DNA of 59,494 nucleotides from a virus (lineage: Duplodnaviria; Caudoviricetes), in IMG/VR virus record IMGVR_UViG_3300017708_000345, positions 1 to 59,494 of that record; one strand, 5' to 3'. The notes below the pieces were generated by a model that worked only from the letters and a program-made list of their open reading frames with translations, did no database searches and had not been told where the DNA came from. The position numbers were made by a program, and so were the translations under genes. Shown here one piece after another: positions 1 to 8,294 of this stretch; the stretch's first letter is position 1; each line of letters opens with the position of its first letter.

Positions 1-1529
1 CAACTAATTCTTGTTGCAATGGCTGGGAAAGTGATACTTCCTGTAGCAAGTGCAACGTCATTCATAAATACTAGCTTGCCCACTGGAAGATCCGTGGCGC
101 GGGGCTTGAACGGACCAACTTTCTTAGCAAATACTTCGGTGTCTGCTGATGAACCAGATGCAATGTCGAAGCCCTTGTAACGAACAGGGCCGACAACACC
201 AAACGGAAGCACGGTAGTGCTAACACCGTTGTTGTCCACATCCTCGTTCATGATAACACGAACATACTCAGAGCGGTTAGGATAGTCACCGAACTCACGG
301 TATCTTTGCTCACCGTCGTCCCACTCAACAATAGTGTTACCGATTTGTCGTGCAACGTAGTTTACACTATTTGGGTTCAAGTTACAGCTTGAGTAACGCT
401 CGATAACAGTAGGATTAAGGTCGGAATCATCTGCTCGACGAAGAACAACATCGAAAGTTCCGTATGGGATGTTCTCGTTGCTTGAAGCTTTCACATTGTC
501 GATTGAAATCTTGACGTTGTTCTGCAACCAAGCACCGTGGCCGTTGATTCCAACAAACTTGAATAGCTTTTGCTGAGCGTTGTAATCATAAGAACCAGAT
601 GCTGCGTCGAGGTTCTGAGCGAAGAACCATCCTGAGTGAGCATCACGGTAAGGAATTCTTTGATTCTCGTGTGCGAATGTACCTGTAGCAACAGCTAGGA
701 TAGTACCATATAGTTTATTGTCATCTAGAGAAAGTCTCTCGATCTGCCCTTCGAAAGTCTCACCCAACCAGTATGTCTTAAGGTTGGTTGCAGTTGCAAT
801 GGCTGAGTTAACTGACTGTGGGTTGGTGCTAAATACGTTTCGAATGAAATCGTTGCTGGTCTCTTTCAAGGAGAAAGTGGCAGTCTTAACAATGTTGCCG
901 TCTTTGTTTAAAATCTCTGCCTTGAATTTGTTGTTAGCATCTTGCTCGAAGACAGTGCCGATAGAAGCTGTAGTTACACCGGTCTGTCCGCCAACATTAC
1001 CAGAAAGACGAATAGCTCCTGAGTCTAGATACCAAACAGCAGCAAGAGTTCCCGGCTGCTTGACAGTAAGGCTTGCGGCGCCTGATTGGTAGACATAAAG
1101 ACCGAAAGCACCACCGTTGTCGGCAGGGTCTGCGTCGGCTGAGCCTGAGGTGTCCCAACCAGCGAGACCGCCATTAGCTGCTGTAGCCTCCGGTGACTCT
1201 GTTCCCATTAGACGAATAAAGGTAACGGGACCAACGCCTGCTCTTAAGTAAGCCTGTGCTGCGTAGCCACCGTAAGTTGGTGAGGAGTAATTGCCATCGC
1301 GCCACACGTCGCCTTGGCCTCCGTATCCAGAAATGGGGTAACCAAACTTTTCAACGAACTCTGAGAATGAGCTTACCTTGACTGGTGTCATTCCGGGTCC
1401 GCGCTCGGCACGTCCAATGATAACCGGCCCTTCATTATCTGGTAGGGCAGGAACTAGTGATTGATCAATTTCGTTTAAGAAGATTCCGGGTGATACAAAC
1501 CTGAACTTTCTGGCATCAAACTCTGACAT
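1..1529 (-). CDS. Contractile tail sheath protein (T4 gp18-like), 5' part, runs off the left edge
   Basis: Absent from the ORF track. Manual translation from ATG at 1529 gives MSEFDARKFRFVSPGIFLNEIDQS...GPVIIGRAERGPGMTPVKVSSFSEFVEKFG...YAAQAYL, the typical sheath N-terminus (SPG-x-EID, G-x-GP, F-x-FG). SD GAGGAG lies upstream. Confidence 0.9.
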   Translation of the reverse strand, partial: MSEFDARKFRFVSPGIFLNEIDQSLVPALPDNEGPVIIGRAERGPGMTPVKVSSFSEFVEKFGYPISGYGGQGDVWRDGNYSSPTYGGYAAQAYLRAGVGPVTFIRLMGTESPEATAANGGLAGWDTSGSADADPADNGGAFGLYVYQSGAASLTVKQPGTLAAVWYLDSGAIRLSGNVGGQTGVTTASIGTVFEQDANNKFKAEILNKDGNIVKTATFSLKETSNDFIRNVFSTNPQSVNSAIATATNLKTYWLGETFEGQIERLSLDDNKLYGTILAVATGTFAHENQRIPYRDAHSGWFFAQNLDAASGSYDYNAQQKLFKFVGINGHGAWLQNNVKISIDNVKASSNENIPYGTFDVVLRRADDSDLNPTVIERYSSCNLNPNSVNYVARQIGNTIVEWDDGEQRYREFGDYPNRSEYVRVIMNEDVDNNGVSTTVLPFGVVGPVRYKGFDIASGSSADTEVFAKKVGPFKPRATDLPVGKLVFMNDVALATGSITFPAIATRIS

Positions 1530-1578
1530 CTATATTCTCCTCAATACAGCTATTTGCTTTTTAGCCTTTCTACAAGAG

Positions 1579-1586
1579 TAAATAGT
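1579..1586 (-). promoter_or_regulatory. ACTATTTA motif upstream of the tail sheath gene (candidate late promoter)
   Basis: 50 nt upstream of ATG 1529; one of nine similar sites. Confidence 0.6.
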
Positions 1587-1608
1587 ATTCTATAAGGGCA
1601 AAAACCTT

Positions 1609-2541
1609 TTACTCTCTATAAAATCCTTTACCTTCTTCGTCTTCACTCAAGAAAGTATTAATGTCCCCCAGAATAACTCTTTCTCTGGGGATCTTAACGT
1701 CTACAACGTTTTCGACAACTGTGAGCTTTGGCTTTTCATCATTTGAGCCTTCACCCATTAAATAACCTAAGATTCTTAATTGTATTTCTGTTTCATATGT
1801 TCTTTCTTCTTCGCCCAACTCAGCAACATTATTAGATTGAGCGAAGTCATCTTCGACAAATCCTTCAAAACGATGACCTTCGTGAGAAATAAAGAAATTA
1901 TTAATTTGCCCTGTCTTCGTGACAAAAGGTTGAAAAACATCGTTCATCTGCTGTAAGTATTCGGTTCGAATCTTAACAGAATACATTGACTTAACATAAA
2001 CTGGAATCGGCTGGTAAATGGTCTCGTACACAACCCTGCTTGGGTCGGTAGCCTTGCTTGGAAAGTTTACCTGTCCATTACCAACCCCTTGGTTTGGCCC
2101 ATACTTTCTTGCTGACCAAGCATTCTTAAAATTAGAAGTTTTACCTTGGTTTATTCTTCTTGCGGCTGGAATATTGACTCTTCTAGCTCTGTGGTAAGAC
2201 TTACCAGAGTCTGGTATATGGGCCTGAAAGGTGCCTTTAAATGTTGGGTCTTTGGTGACTGATGTTCTTTCCACTGTCATGAGAGGCAATCTCAGAGCCC
2301 CATTAGAGTCTCTAAGGTCTTTATCGTTCTTAATTTGGAATGCTCTCTCGGCTGAAACCCAGAGAACAGGGACTTTAGTTCTTCCTTTGTTTGTGGTGAC
2401 GTGAAGATCTAACTCCTCGTCAAGGAAAGTGAAAAGCGCACGGTCAATGGTTTCAAGAGTCGAAGGCATAAATTGAATTTCTTGCAGCTTGCCTTCAACC
2501 CCTTTAATTTCTGTATAACCATAATCTTTTTTACCGGGCAT
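1609..2541 (-). CDS. Tail completion/terminator protein (T4 gp15-like)
   Basis: Lies between neck genes and sheath. Motifs KVPVLWVSAER, LRLPLMTVER and QPIPVY resemble gp15-family proteins. Start placed at MPGKK (2541), overlapping the upstream stop, rather than 2586. Confidence 0.6.
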   Translation of the reverse strand: MPGKKDYGYTEIKGVEGKLQEIQFMPSTLETIDRALFTFLDEELDLHVTTNKGRTKVPVLWVSAERAFQIKNDKDLRDSNGALRLPLMTVERTSVTKDPTFKGTFQAHIPDSGKSYHRARRVNIPAARRINQGKTSNFKNAWSARKYGPNQGVGNGQVNFPSKATDPSRVVYETIYQPIPVYVKSMYSVKIRTEYLQQMNDVFQPFVTKTGQINNFFISHEGHRFEGFVEDDFAQSNNVAELGEEERTYETEIQLRILGYLMGEGSNDEKPKLTVVENVVDVKIPRERVILGDINTFLSEDEEGKGFYRE

Positions 2542-3025
2542 CGAATAGTCCCTCGCGTGCCTTAATGCACTTAGCAGATATTTCAAGTCTGTGATCTATC
2601 TGGCCAAAGAGTTGTCTTGGCTCTGATAGGGTCACGATTTCATAGTGAAGATCACCATAAAGAACAAAGTCGCCTTCTCGCACAAAAAGATCTTGGTCTT
2701 CTGTTAATCTGCGTTTATGAAAGTGTACTGTAATACTTGATTCTTTGTCTAGACCAATATTGGTGCTATACTTTGTATTGATTCCATCAAATTCAACAAG
2801 AGCGTGAACGCGGATAGGAGGAAGAAAGTTCTTTCTTATAGCCTCCCCATAAATGTCATGGTAGTTTGTTCTTTCAATGTCAAGAGGATAATATGCAATA
2901 GTCTGCCCAATGACTCGCTCAATAAGCTCATCATTAACTTGCTTTACAAGATCTCTTTCCTTCTTTCCTGTAAACAGGGGAGGAGGTGGAGCATCTGGTT
3001 GTGACCATTTATTCTTCGTTGACAT
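2531..3025 (-). CDS. Neck/head-closure protein (T4 gp14-like)
   Basis: 164 aa with E-x-I-x-GQ-x-YYP, DIYGE and REGDFV motifs; directly downstream of the gp13-like gene. Confidence 0.7.
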   Translation of the reverse strand: MSTKNKWSQPDAPPPPLFTGKKERDLVKQVNDELIERVIGQTIAYYPLDIERTNYHDIYGEAIRKNFLPPIRVHALVEFDGINTKYSTNIGLDKESSITVHFHKRRLTEDQDLFVREGDFVLYGDLHYEIVTLSEPRQLFGQIDHRLEISAKCIKAREGLFDAR

Positions 3026-3029
3026 TCAG

Positions 3030-4346
3030 TTACCCCTGATAAATTAGCATTGGAATCTCACTCTGGACCTTATCAATTGCCTCGACCATTTCAGCGTCTT
3101 GCTGAGCAAGGGCCTTATAAGTCATTTCATCGAGGATTGTCTTGAGTTCATCCTTAAGGGCATCCTGCTCCTTCTCTGCCTGAGATAAAAGATCTGATGC
3201 ATTTAGACTTACATTGTCTCCGGGGATTGGAATGGAATTACCAAACTTACCACGGATTTGTCCTAGCATCTCTTTACATAGGGCCAGAGCATATCTTCTA
3301 ATCCAGTGCTTACCAATTGAGTTGATATTCTTATAAGGAATGTTTTCAAATGGCAACGTGTTCATATTATTGATTCCGTCAACACCTGTTTCCTTATTCG
3401 CGTCTTCTGACCAAGGATCTGTATCAATTGTAAAGTTAATCCAGACATTAGCCGTAAATCTTCCATCTGGAATTGGGAAGATTCTTAATCTATTATTATG
3501 AATTTCATAAGAGAAGTGACTAAGCCTTGTGTAAATATGATCTTCATATGCCATGGCCTGCATCTTGTTCTGCCAAGCTGGGATAATCTCAAAGGTCGAG
3601 TCGTCAGAATATTGCCCATAATAGTTCAAGTTGCCAACAACGTTGAGACCTCCGTAATATCCATAGAACCTCCACATAGCTGCTGGGCTCTTATAAAACA
3701 CTTTTTCAATTCTTATCTTTTTGTTGCCCACAAGTCCAGCGTAATCTACTGGTCCTCCAGCACCCTGATCTTCGTTAAGATTAGCTGCACTGGAAATTAT
3801 AGTTTGAATGTCATAATCCTGAACAGAAGCAGTGGTTGCGAAAGAAGCAGAATACATAGTTCTGTTTCCTCCCACGTTTGCCTCTCCAGCAAATGCATCT
3901 CCGATCCTTCTGGCATATCTAAGCTCATATCTAGGATAAGCAAGGTTTGCAGATGAACCTGAGGCTCCACCACCGGTCATCTGACCATCATGGTCAAACG
4001 TGCCCGTAGCAAAGCCTAGAAGGCTGTTTAGAACGTTCTTAGCCTGATGCTTGTTGATATGGTAGGAATACTCTAGGACAGCCTCCTCGTATGCAGCATA
4101 GACGTTACCGGGGGTGATCTCAATATCAAGAACATCTCCACCAAGCTTTTTGTAGGTATAAGTAACTTGATCTGCTGCGCCCGATATGAAGTTCTCATCA
4201 TACAAGGCTGATGTTGAGTCTGCGTAAAGAGCAAAAGGATAATGTATAGTATTGCCAGCACCATTACCTGTTGTAGCGGTACTACCAGTAGAAGTCAATA
4301 TAACTTTGCTAGTAACACTAGCAGGTGTAAGTGTAGGCTTAGCCAT
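3030..4346 (-). CDS. Neck/head-completion protein (T4 gp13-like)
   Basis: 438 aa. KLGGDVLDIEI near the N-terminus and WIRRYALALCKEMLGQIRGKF...IPGDNVSLNASDL at the C-terminus match the gp13 pattern. Confidence 0.8.
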   Translation of the reverse strand: MAKPTLTPASVTSKVILTSTGSTATTGNGAGNTIHYPFALYADSTSALYDENFISGAADQVTYTYKKLGGDVLDIEITPGNVYAAYEEAVLEYSYHINKHQAKNVLNSLLGFATGTFDHDGQMTGGGASGSSANLAYPRYELRYARRIGDAFAGEANVGGNRTMYSASFATTASVQDYDIQTIISSAANLNEDQGAGGPVDYAGLVGNKKIRIEKVFYKSPAAMWRFYGYYGGLNVVGNLNYYGQYSDDSTFEIIPAWQNKMQAMAYEDHIYTRLSHFSYEIHNNRLRIFPIPDGRFTANVWINFTIDTDPWSEDANKETGVDGINNMNTLPFENIPYKNINSIGKHWIRRYALALCKEMLGQIRGKFGNSIPIPGDNVSLNASDLLSQAEKEQDALKDELKTILDEMTYKALAQQDAEMVEAIDKVQSEIPMLIYQG

Positions 4347-4352
4347 TAGTTA

Positions 4353-4523
4353 TTATTCCTTTGTGGTCTTAGTGGTCTTTTTAACTCTCTTAGCTTTTGG
4401 CTTTGGCTTTGGCTTTACAGCCTTCTCGACTACAGGAGCCTTTTCCTCAACAACTGGAGCCTCTGCTTGCTTGCGGGCTGCTGCTGCCTTTAGTCTAAGT
4501 GCCTTTTTCTTTCTGATATTCAT
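4353..4523 (-). CDS. Small Lys/Ala/Pro-rich basic protein (56 aa), missed by the ORF track
   Basis: MNIRKKKALRLKAAAARKQAEAPVVEEKAPVVEKAVKPKPKAKRVKKTTKTTKE*. Has a strong SD (AAGGAGG), fills the gap between MCP terminator and neck gene, and is preceded by the ACTACTTA motif. Confidence 0.8.
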   Translation of the reverse strand: MNIRKKKALRLKAAAARKQAEAPVVEEKAPVVEKAVKPKPKPKAKRVKKTTKTTKE

Positions 4524-4544
4524 TGAATCAGCCTCCTTCTTATA

Positions 4545-4552
4545 TAAGTAGT
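4545..4552 (-). promoter_or_regulatory. ACTACTTA motif upstream of the small basic protein/neck operon
   Basis: Immediately downstream of the MCP terminator, 22 nt before ATG 4523. Confidence 0.6.
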
Positions 4553-4557
4553 TTTTA

Positions 4558-4597
4558 AATAAACAAAAGCCCCGGCCTTACTAGAAGACCGAGGCTT
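4558..4597 (-). terminator. Intrinsic terminator after the major capsid gene
   Basis: Minus strand AAGCCTCGGTCTT-CTAGT-AAGGCCGGGGCTT forms a 13-bp stem (two G-U pairs) followed by TTGTTTATTT, about 30 nt after the MCP stop. Confidence 0.85.
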
Positions 4598-4625
4598 GAT
4601 TACTATTTTAGTAATCTGTTAGTTA

Positions 4626-6389
4626 TCAGCTTGCGCCAGACTCACCGAGGAGACCGCGACAGATGACAAGACCGTACATGTCAGGACGCACCATCTTCTT
4701 AGCGTACCGGGTCATGACACCCTTGCGAGGCACGAAGTCCTCAGTACCGAAGATAGTAGGAGTGACCTGTAGTGGGACGTAAGGAGCGTAAACGAAGCCG
4801 CTCTCAAGGAAGCTACCACCCTTACGGCCAACAAGAACAACGTTCCGTGGGAAGTAAGGATCGACGTACACGTCGAACTTCTTGGAGAGTGAACCAACGT
4901 TAACAGCACCAACAGTGCCACGGTCAGCATCAGCAGTGACGCTTGCACGGAAGCCAGCGGTGAACTCAAGGATGTTAGCAACTTCAGGTCCGCAGACGAC
5001 GAAGTTAGCCCCACCCCGTAGAGTCTTACGGTGGATCTGAGCAGAGACATCATTGATGGTCTCGATTAGGGTCTCGTACCACTCGGAGACAGTACCGGTG
5101 AAGTCAGGAGCGGCAGCGCCAGCACCAACCTCAACGCCAGTCTCGCGATCAACGAAGAGACCGGGTGAACGTGACCAGTAGAATGTACCGGCAGTTGCAC
5201 CGTTGATGAGATCGCCAAGGATCTCGCGGTCAATCTCAAGAGCAATTTGCTCTGAGAGGATTGAAGTTAGCTCAACCTCGGCGTCGAGGTTGTGGTAAGC
5301 ATTCAAGTCCTGACCAAGCTCTGGTGACCACTTAGCCTTGAGCTTACGAGTCTGAGCTGTAACAGCAACACTGTCAACCTTGATGTCAATCTCAGGGATT
5401 GCATTCTTATCAAGGCTTGAGCCTGCGTTACCAGTTCCGAACCGTGGCTCCTCAAGACCCCAAGTATCTGAACCAACAACAGCACCGATAGCCCCACCAG
5501 CATCGAAATCATCAATGATTGGTAGAGTGACAGCAGCAGGAGCAGTCAATGAAGCTGAGACCTGTGTTGCGGTACGAGTTGGGTGCGTAGCAACAAAGAT
5601 GACACGAGTGCTATCAGTCGGGTCGATCTGAGTTAGGCGACGAACCTGAGTCGCGTCTGAAATACCAGTGATAACGATGTTCGGGAGAAGATCGGCATCA
5701 AAGATACGGTCAGTGGTGCTAAGAGCTGACTTAGCAATTGAAGCAACAGCGAACTGTGAACCACTTGCAAGGTCGGCGTCGAAGCGGAGCAAACGAGTAA
5801 TCTCGTAAGCATCAGTTGACTTAGAACCATCATCGAAGAGTGGCACGCCACCAGCGGTGATAGAACCAGAAACCTTAACATTTCCAGCACCGAAGTCAAC
5901 TGCAACGGAAGCAGTTGGGAGTGAGTAACCAGCAGCCATGTTGTAGAGACCGCCGCCTTCCTCAGTAATGTCGGAGACACCACCGGTTAGCTGGCTGGCA
6001 ACAACACCACCACCGTACACAGACTCACCTGCGCCGTATCCAAGCTTACCTTCTTGATAGGTAAAGTCGAGGAAGAAAATGAGACCTGATGGGAGACTCA
6101 TTGGTTGAACGCTAACAAGGTCGTTAGCGAGTAGGCCGCCGAAAACGCGACGGACTAGTGGGAATGCGACTGAAGCAAAGCCTTCAACGTCGCCAGCGGC
6201 CATAGAAGAAGCCTCTTTTAGAAGCTGCTTGGCTTGGTTTTCGAGAAGACGTGCCATACCATTTTTGGTAACGTCACTGTCAAGACCTTCGAGAAGACCG
6301 GTCTTTTCCCACTTAGAAAGAAGTGCATCACCTTCCTTGCGGAGATCGCGGTTCACGATGCCTTCAGTCAATTTATTTAATACAGACAT
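4626..6389 (-). CDS. Major capsid protein (T4 gp23 family)
   Basis: LLENQ, PLVRR, VSVQPMSLPSGLIF, TRKLKAKWSPELGQDLNAYHNLDAEVEL, EIDREI, YAPYVPL and PRKGVMTRY are hallmark gp23 motifs. A perfect SD AAGGAGGTGA supports a start at 6389 (MSVLNKL). Confidence 0.97.
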   Translation of the reverse strand: MSVLNKLTEGIVNRDLRKEGDALLSKWEKTGLLEGLDSDVTKNGMARLLENQAKQLLKEASSMAAGDVEGFASVAFPLVRRVFGGLLANDLVSVQPMSLPSGLIFFLDFTYQEGKLGYGAGESVYGGGVVASQLTGGVSDITEEGGGLYNMAAGYSLPTASVAVDFGAGNVKVSGSITAGGVPLFDDGSKSTDAYEITRLLRFDADLASGSQFAVASIAKSALSTTDRIFDADLLPNIVITGISDATQVRRLTQIDPTDSTRVIFVATHPTRTATQVSASLTAPAAVTLPIIDDFDAGGAIGAVVGSDTWGLEEPRFGTGNAGSSLDKNAIPEIDIKVDSVAVTAQTRKLKAKWSPELGQDLNAYHNLDAEVELTSILSEQIALEIDREILGDLINGATAGTFYWSRSPGLFVDRETGVEVGAGAAAPDFTGTVSEWYETLIETINDVSAQIHRKTLRGGANFVVCGPEVANILEFTAGFRASVTADADRGTVGAVNVGSLSKKFDVYVDPYFPRNVVLVGRKGGSFLESGFVYAPYVPLQVTPTIFGTEDFVPRKGVMTRYAKKMVRPDMYGLVICRGLLGESGAS

Positions 6390-6422
6390 AATAATCACCT
6401 CCTTTTCGTATTAAACTATGGA

Positions 6423-7445
6423 TTATTCTGCTTTAGCAATACCTGCCAATCTTTGGAACCGATTCTTCAAGACGCTTTCGCGGCTTGCTCTTTCAGTTCT
6501 TCGTCTTGGCATAGTTAGTGAAGGTTTTCTGATAGCTTCGCTCAGTGATTGTGGCTTTGAAGCACCAGCTTCGCCCACTGCGCTTTGAAGGGTCTCAAAG
6601 ATGACCTTCGCCTCTTCAACAGAATCAGCCTTACGAATAGATTCGACAACTTTTGACTTTTGTCGCTCATTCAGGGAGGCGCTATTCAGTGCCTGATTCA
6701 TATAGAGAAGTTTTGCATTTTCCAAGAGGGTTTCTTCAACCTTCTCTTTCAATGCGGAAACAGTTTCACCAAGCTTTTCATTTTGCTTAGTGAGTGATTC
6801 GTTTGTGATGGTAAGACGGTCGTGGGCATCCTGAAGCGCTTTAATTTGCTCTTGGGCCTCAGTTCCGGCACGTCTTGCCAATTCCATTTCTTCAGCGTGT
6901 TGCATCTCGCCTTGTGGAGTTGCAAGCCAGCCAGTCTTAACTGGCATCATGTCAACAATAAGTTCTTCGACCAACTCTTCGATCATGGACTCATCAAAGT
7001 CAACACTCTCTTCGATTTGTGTCTCTTCCTCGGTCACAATTTCAATTTCTTCGTCAATCTCAATTTCTACTTCTTCCTGAAGAGCTTCAGGAGCACCCAT
7101 TGCCATAGCCAACTCTTCTTGTTCCATTGGCTCTTCGTCTTCTGCGTCCATATCGTCAAGAGCTTGCTTTAGAACATCAAGGTTCAAAGAAACCATCTCT
7201 TCGTCTTCAGGACAAGGACAAAGCTTTTCGCCACCTGCGGGTGCTGGTGGGATCTCTGCGACCATCATGGGCTCTTCTCCCATCTCTAGCTCGTCAGTAA
7301 ACATTTCTTCTTGCTCTAGAAGAGTCTCTACTGCGACACGGACTTCGCTTCCATACTTCTCTAGGATAGCAGTCTCTGCATTCTTTAGTGCAGCGTCTCG
7401 TAGGGCCTGAGCATCAATAATAGCTTGTTCTAAAATAGTTGACAT
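6423..7445 (-). CDS. Prohead core/scaffolding protein (T4 gp22-like)
   Basis: Very acidic, coiled-coil protein immediately upstream of MCP, ending RFQRLAGI. Start likely MSTILEQ at 7445 with SD GAGGA. Confidence 0.8.
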   Translation of the reverse strand: MSTILEQAIIDAQALRDAALKNAETAILEKYGSEVRVAVETLLEQEEMFTDELEMGEEPMMVAEIPPAPAGGEKLCPCPEDEEMVSLNLDVLKQALDDMDAEDEEPMEQEELAMAMGAPEALQEEVEIEIDEEIEIVTEEETQIEESVDFDESMIEELVEELIVDMMPVKTGWLATPQGEMQHAEEMELARRAGTEAQEQIKALQDAHDRLTITNESLTKQNEKLGETVSALKEKVEETLLENAKLLYMNQALNSASLNERQKSKVVESIRKADSVEEAKVIFETLQSAVGEAGASKPQSLSEAIRKPSLTMPRRRTERASRESVLKNRFQRLAGIAKAE

Positions 7446-7477
7446 ATTGTTTTCCTCGTGCAAACACCTTGCTTCAC

Positions 7478-7550
7478 ACAAATAAGTAGTATTTAAAACT
7501 GACAACTTCCAATAAGTTTTTCATTGGATGTTGATTTTAAACTTATTTGT
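7478..7550. repeat. Long imperfect inverted repeat between bS21 and scaffold genes
   Basis: ACAAATAAGT (7478-7487) pairs with ACTTATTTGT (7541-7550); TTAAAA pairs with TTTTAA; CAACTTCCAAT (7503-7513) pairs with ATTGGATGTTG (7523-7533) with one mismatch. Confidence 0.65.
7483..7490 (-). promoter_or_regulatory. ACTACTTA motif upstream of scaffold-MCP
   Basis: 38 nt before ATG 7445. Confidence 0.6.
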
Positions 7551-7848
7551 TCTTCTGAGCAGCTTTTCTAATAGTTTCCGCCCTTTTCATCTTTTCTCTG
7601 CGTCTTTTGACGGAGGGCTTTTCGAAATATTGTCGATTTTTGTACTCTTCAACAATTCTAATTTTCTTGCACTTCTTAAGAAATCTTTTGATTGCTCTTT
7701 CTGGATGTTCACCTTCTCTTACAAAGACTGTAACGTGTGAAGGTCTCTTTCCTTTTGCAACATACTTTGGACGATCATTTCTCTTTCTTCTTCTAGGTCT
7801 TGAATCGTTCCACTGTCTATGTCGCTTATTATCTCTGTTGTAACTCAT
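7543..7848 (-). CDS. rpsU: Phage-encoded 30S ribosomal protein bS21 with Arg-rich N-terminal extension
   Basis: VTVFVREGEHPERAIKRFLKKCKKIRIVEEYKNRQYFEKPSVKRRREK matches the bS21 pattern (V-x-V...A(I/L)xRF...YxEKPS/T..R). Start at 7848 (MSYNR) with SD GAGGA. Confidence 0.85.
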   Translation of the reverse strand: MSYNRDNKRHRQWNDSRPRRRKRNDRPKYVAKGKRPSHVTVFVREGEHPERAIKRFLKKCKKIRIVEEYKNRQYFEKPSVKRRREKMKRAETIRKAAQKNK

Positions 7849-7859
7849 TATTCCTCTTA

Positions 7860-8261
7860 TTAGCCGACACCGGCTGAACCAGTCCAATTGGTAAACGCCC
7901 TTACTGGTATAGTTGTCAAACCTGCCACGATTGAAGCAGTCTGCTCTGTGGCACTATCAGATAAAATATAAACTGATTTAACTCTGTAGTCTCCAGAAAG
8001 TGATTCTGAACCAGACAAAATAGCGTAGTTGTTCTGGACAGTTCCTGAGACACCGATTGAAGAGAAGCCTACGCGAATGTCACCGGTTGAAGTTGACTCA
8101 TTTCTAATAATCACAAATTTACTGATGTTTGGAAAGCTAACTTCCAAAGGCTCGGAGCCAAGAGCAGGCACTGTAAGTGAAGCAGTAAGGTAAGGCTTAG
8201 CACTTACTAGGTAAGATCCCACATTGTGAAATCCTGCTGTGTATTTAAAATCGTTTGACAT
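7860..8261 (-). CDS. Hypothetical virion-associated protein (beta-rich, possibly capsid decoration)
   Basis: 133 aa, Ser/Thr/Gly-rich, in the head module; SD GAGG and the upstream motif are present. Confidence 0.5.
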   Translation of the reverse strand: MSNDFKYTAGFHNVGSYLVSAKPYLTASLTVPALGSEPLEVSFPNISKFVIIRNESTSTGDIRVGFSSIGVSGTVQNNYAILSGSESLSGDYRVKSVYILSDSATEQTASIVAGLTTIPVRAFTNWTGSAGVG

Positions 8262-8279
8262 TTTATACCTCTTCTATAA

Positions 8280-8287
8280 TAAATAGT
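8280..8287 (-). promoter_or_regulatory. ACTATTTA motif upstream of the 133-aa gene and bS21
   Basis: 19 nt before ATG 8261; intergenic. Confidence 0.65.
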
Positions 8288-8294
8288 TAGTTTT

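Noticed and set aside
1575-1615. Short inverted repeat AGAGTAAA/TTTACTCT upstream of the sheath gene
   Set aside because: Only 8 bp, AT-rich, with a 25-nt loop; plausible by chance.
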